Below are positions 31,803 through 32,000 of a stretch of DNA of 32,000 nucleotides, piece after piece (the stretch's first letter is position 1; each line of letters starts with the position of its first letter). The DNA is from Cuniculiplasma divulgatum. GTDB taxonomy: Archaea; Thermoplasmatota; Thermoplasmata; Thermoplasmatales; Thermoplasmataceae. Location of the stretch: the NCBI RefSeq assembly GCF_900083515.1, contig NZ_LT671858.1:1710001-1742000 (forward strand), in the 5' to 3' direction. The notes below the pieces were generated by a model that searched no databases, was not told the DNA's origin, and saw only the letters and a program-made list of their open reading frames with translations. The position numbers were made by a program, and so were the translations under genes.

Positions 31803-32000
31803 GACACTTTCCCGTTTTGAATTAAAAACGTGTTCACTGTACCTTTACACCGTTAGGCATATTTTATAATCTATATAGCAAACCACGGTGTCGGTTATCG
31901 CTTTTCTGTATGAGTAAAATAGGTGTAGGAATCAATGAATTCAAAACCGGCCATTTTCCGTCAGTTCTGTGATTTTGTTAATAAAGTCCATCTAACGCTC

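Noticed and set aside
1-32000. CRISPR arrays, rRNA genes, additional tRNAs, or a reverse transcriptase/retron next to the structured block.
   Set aside because: I saw no regularly spaced direct repeats, no rRNA-like conserved stretches, no second cloverleaf, and no ORF with RT motifs (YxDD) anywhere in the window.

Overview
Archaeal chromosomal segment, probably from a Thermoplasmata-like organism. That placement is inferred from an Orc1/Cdc6 initiator, a Hef-type helicase, TATA boxes about 25 nt upstream of start codons (leaderless-style genes) and a tRNA without encoded CCA.

Layout:
(1) 1-1506: 5' part of a Hef/FANCM-type helicase gene (minus strand) and tRNA-Ala(CGC).
(2) 1488-20720: a ~19.2-kb integrative, plasmid-like element inserted in the 3' end of the tRNA and bounded by a 20-bp direct repeat (19/20). 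It carries:
- a tyrosine integrase
- a four-gene cassette headed by a cysteine-rich protein whose C-terminal domain resembles halocin C8
- a wHTH/zinc-ribbon protein
- a membrane protein followed by a HerA/FtsK-type ATPase
- ParA plus a small ParB-like protein, flanked by GTTAAC-containing repeats
- a serine resolvase with res-like sites
- Orc1/Cdc6
- an AT-rich Type III restriction-modification pair (mod, res)
- a ~0.55-kb GC-rich, hairpin-dense non-coding block
- three uncharacterised, mostly membrane-associated genes next to attR
(3) 20721-29131: an IS graveyard. It holds an IS256-family element interrupted by an intact IS1634-family element, a truncated IS110 transposase, a FAD-oxidase pseudogene split by a 269-bp MITE derived from the IS1634 element, a membrane protein gene, an IS66-family element with an 8-bp target duplication, and a frameshifted ISH3/IS4-like element.
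(4) 29180-30285: a second, diverged copy of the cysteine-rich protein plus two small membrane proteins.
(5) 30360-32000: an IS630-family element with a two-ORF transposase, then an IS630 fragment.

The strongest candidates for something undescribed are the duplicated halocin-C8-like/small-membrane-protein cassette and the GC-rich structured block with the unknown gene trio beside the Type III RM genes. No CRISPR array or rRNA gene was seen. All homology statements come from reading motifs by eye, not from database searches.
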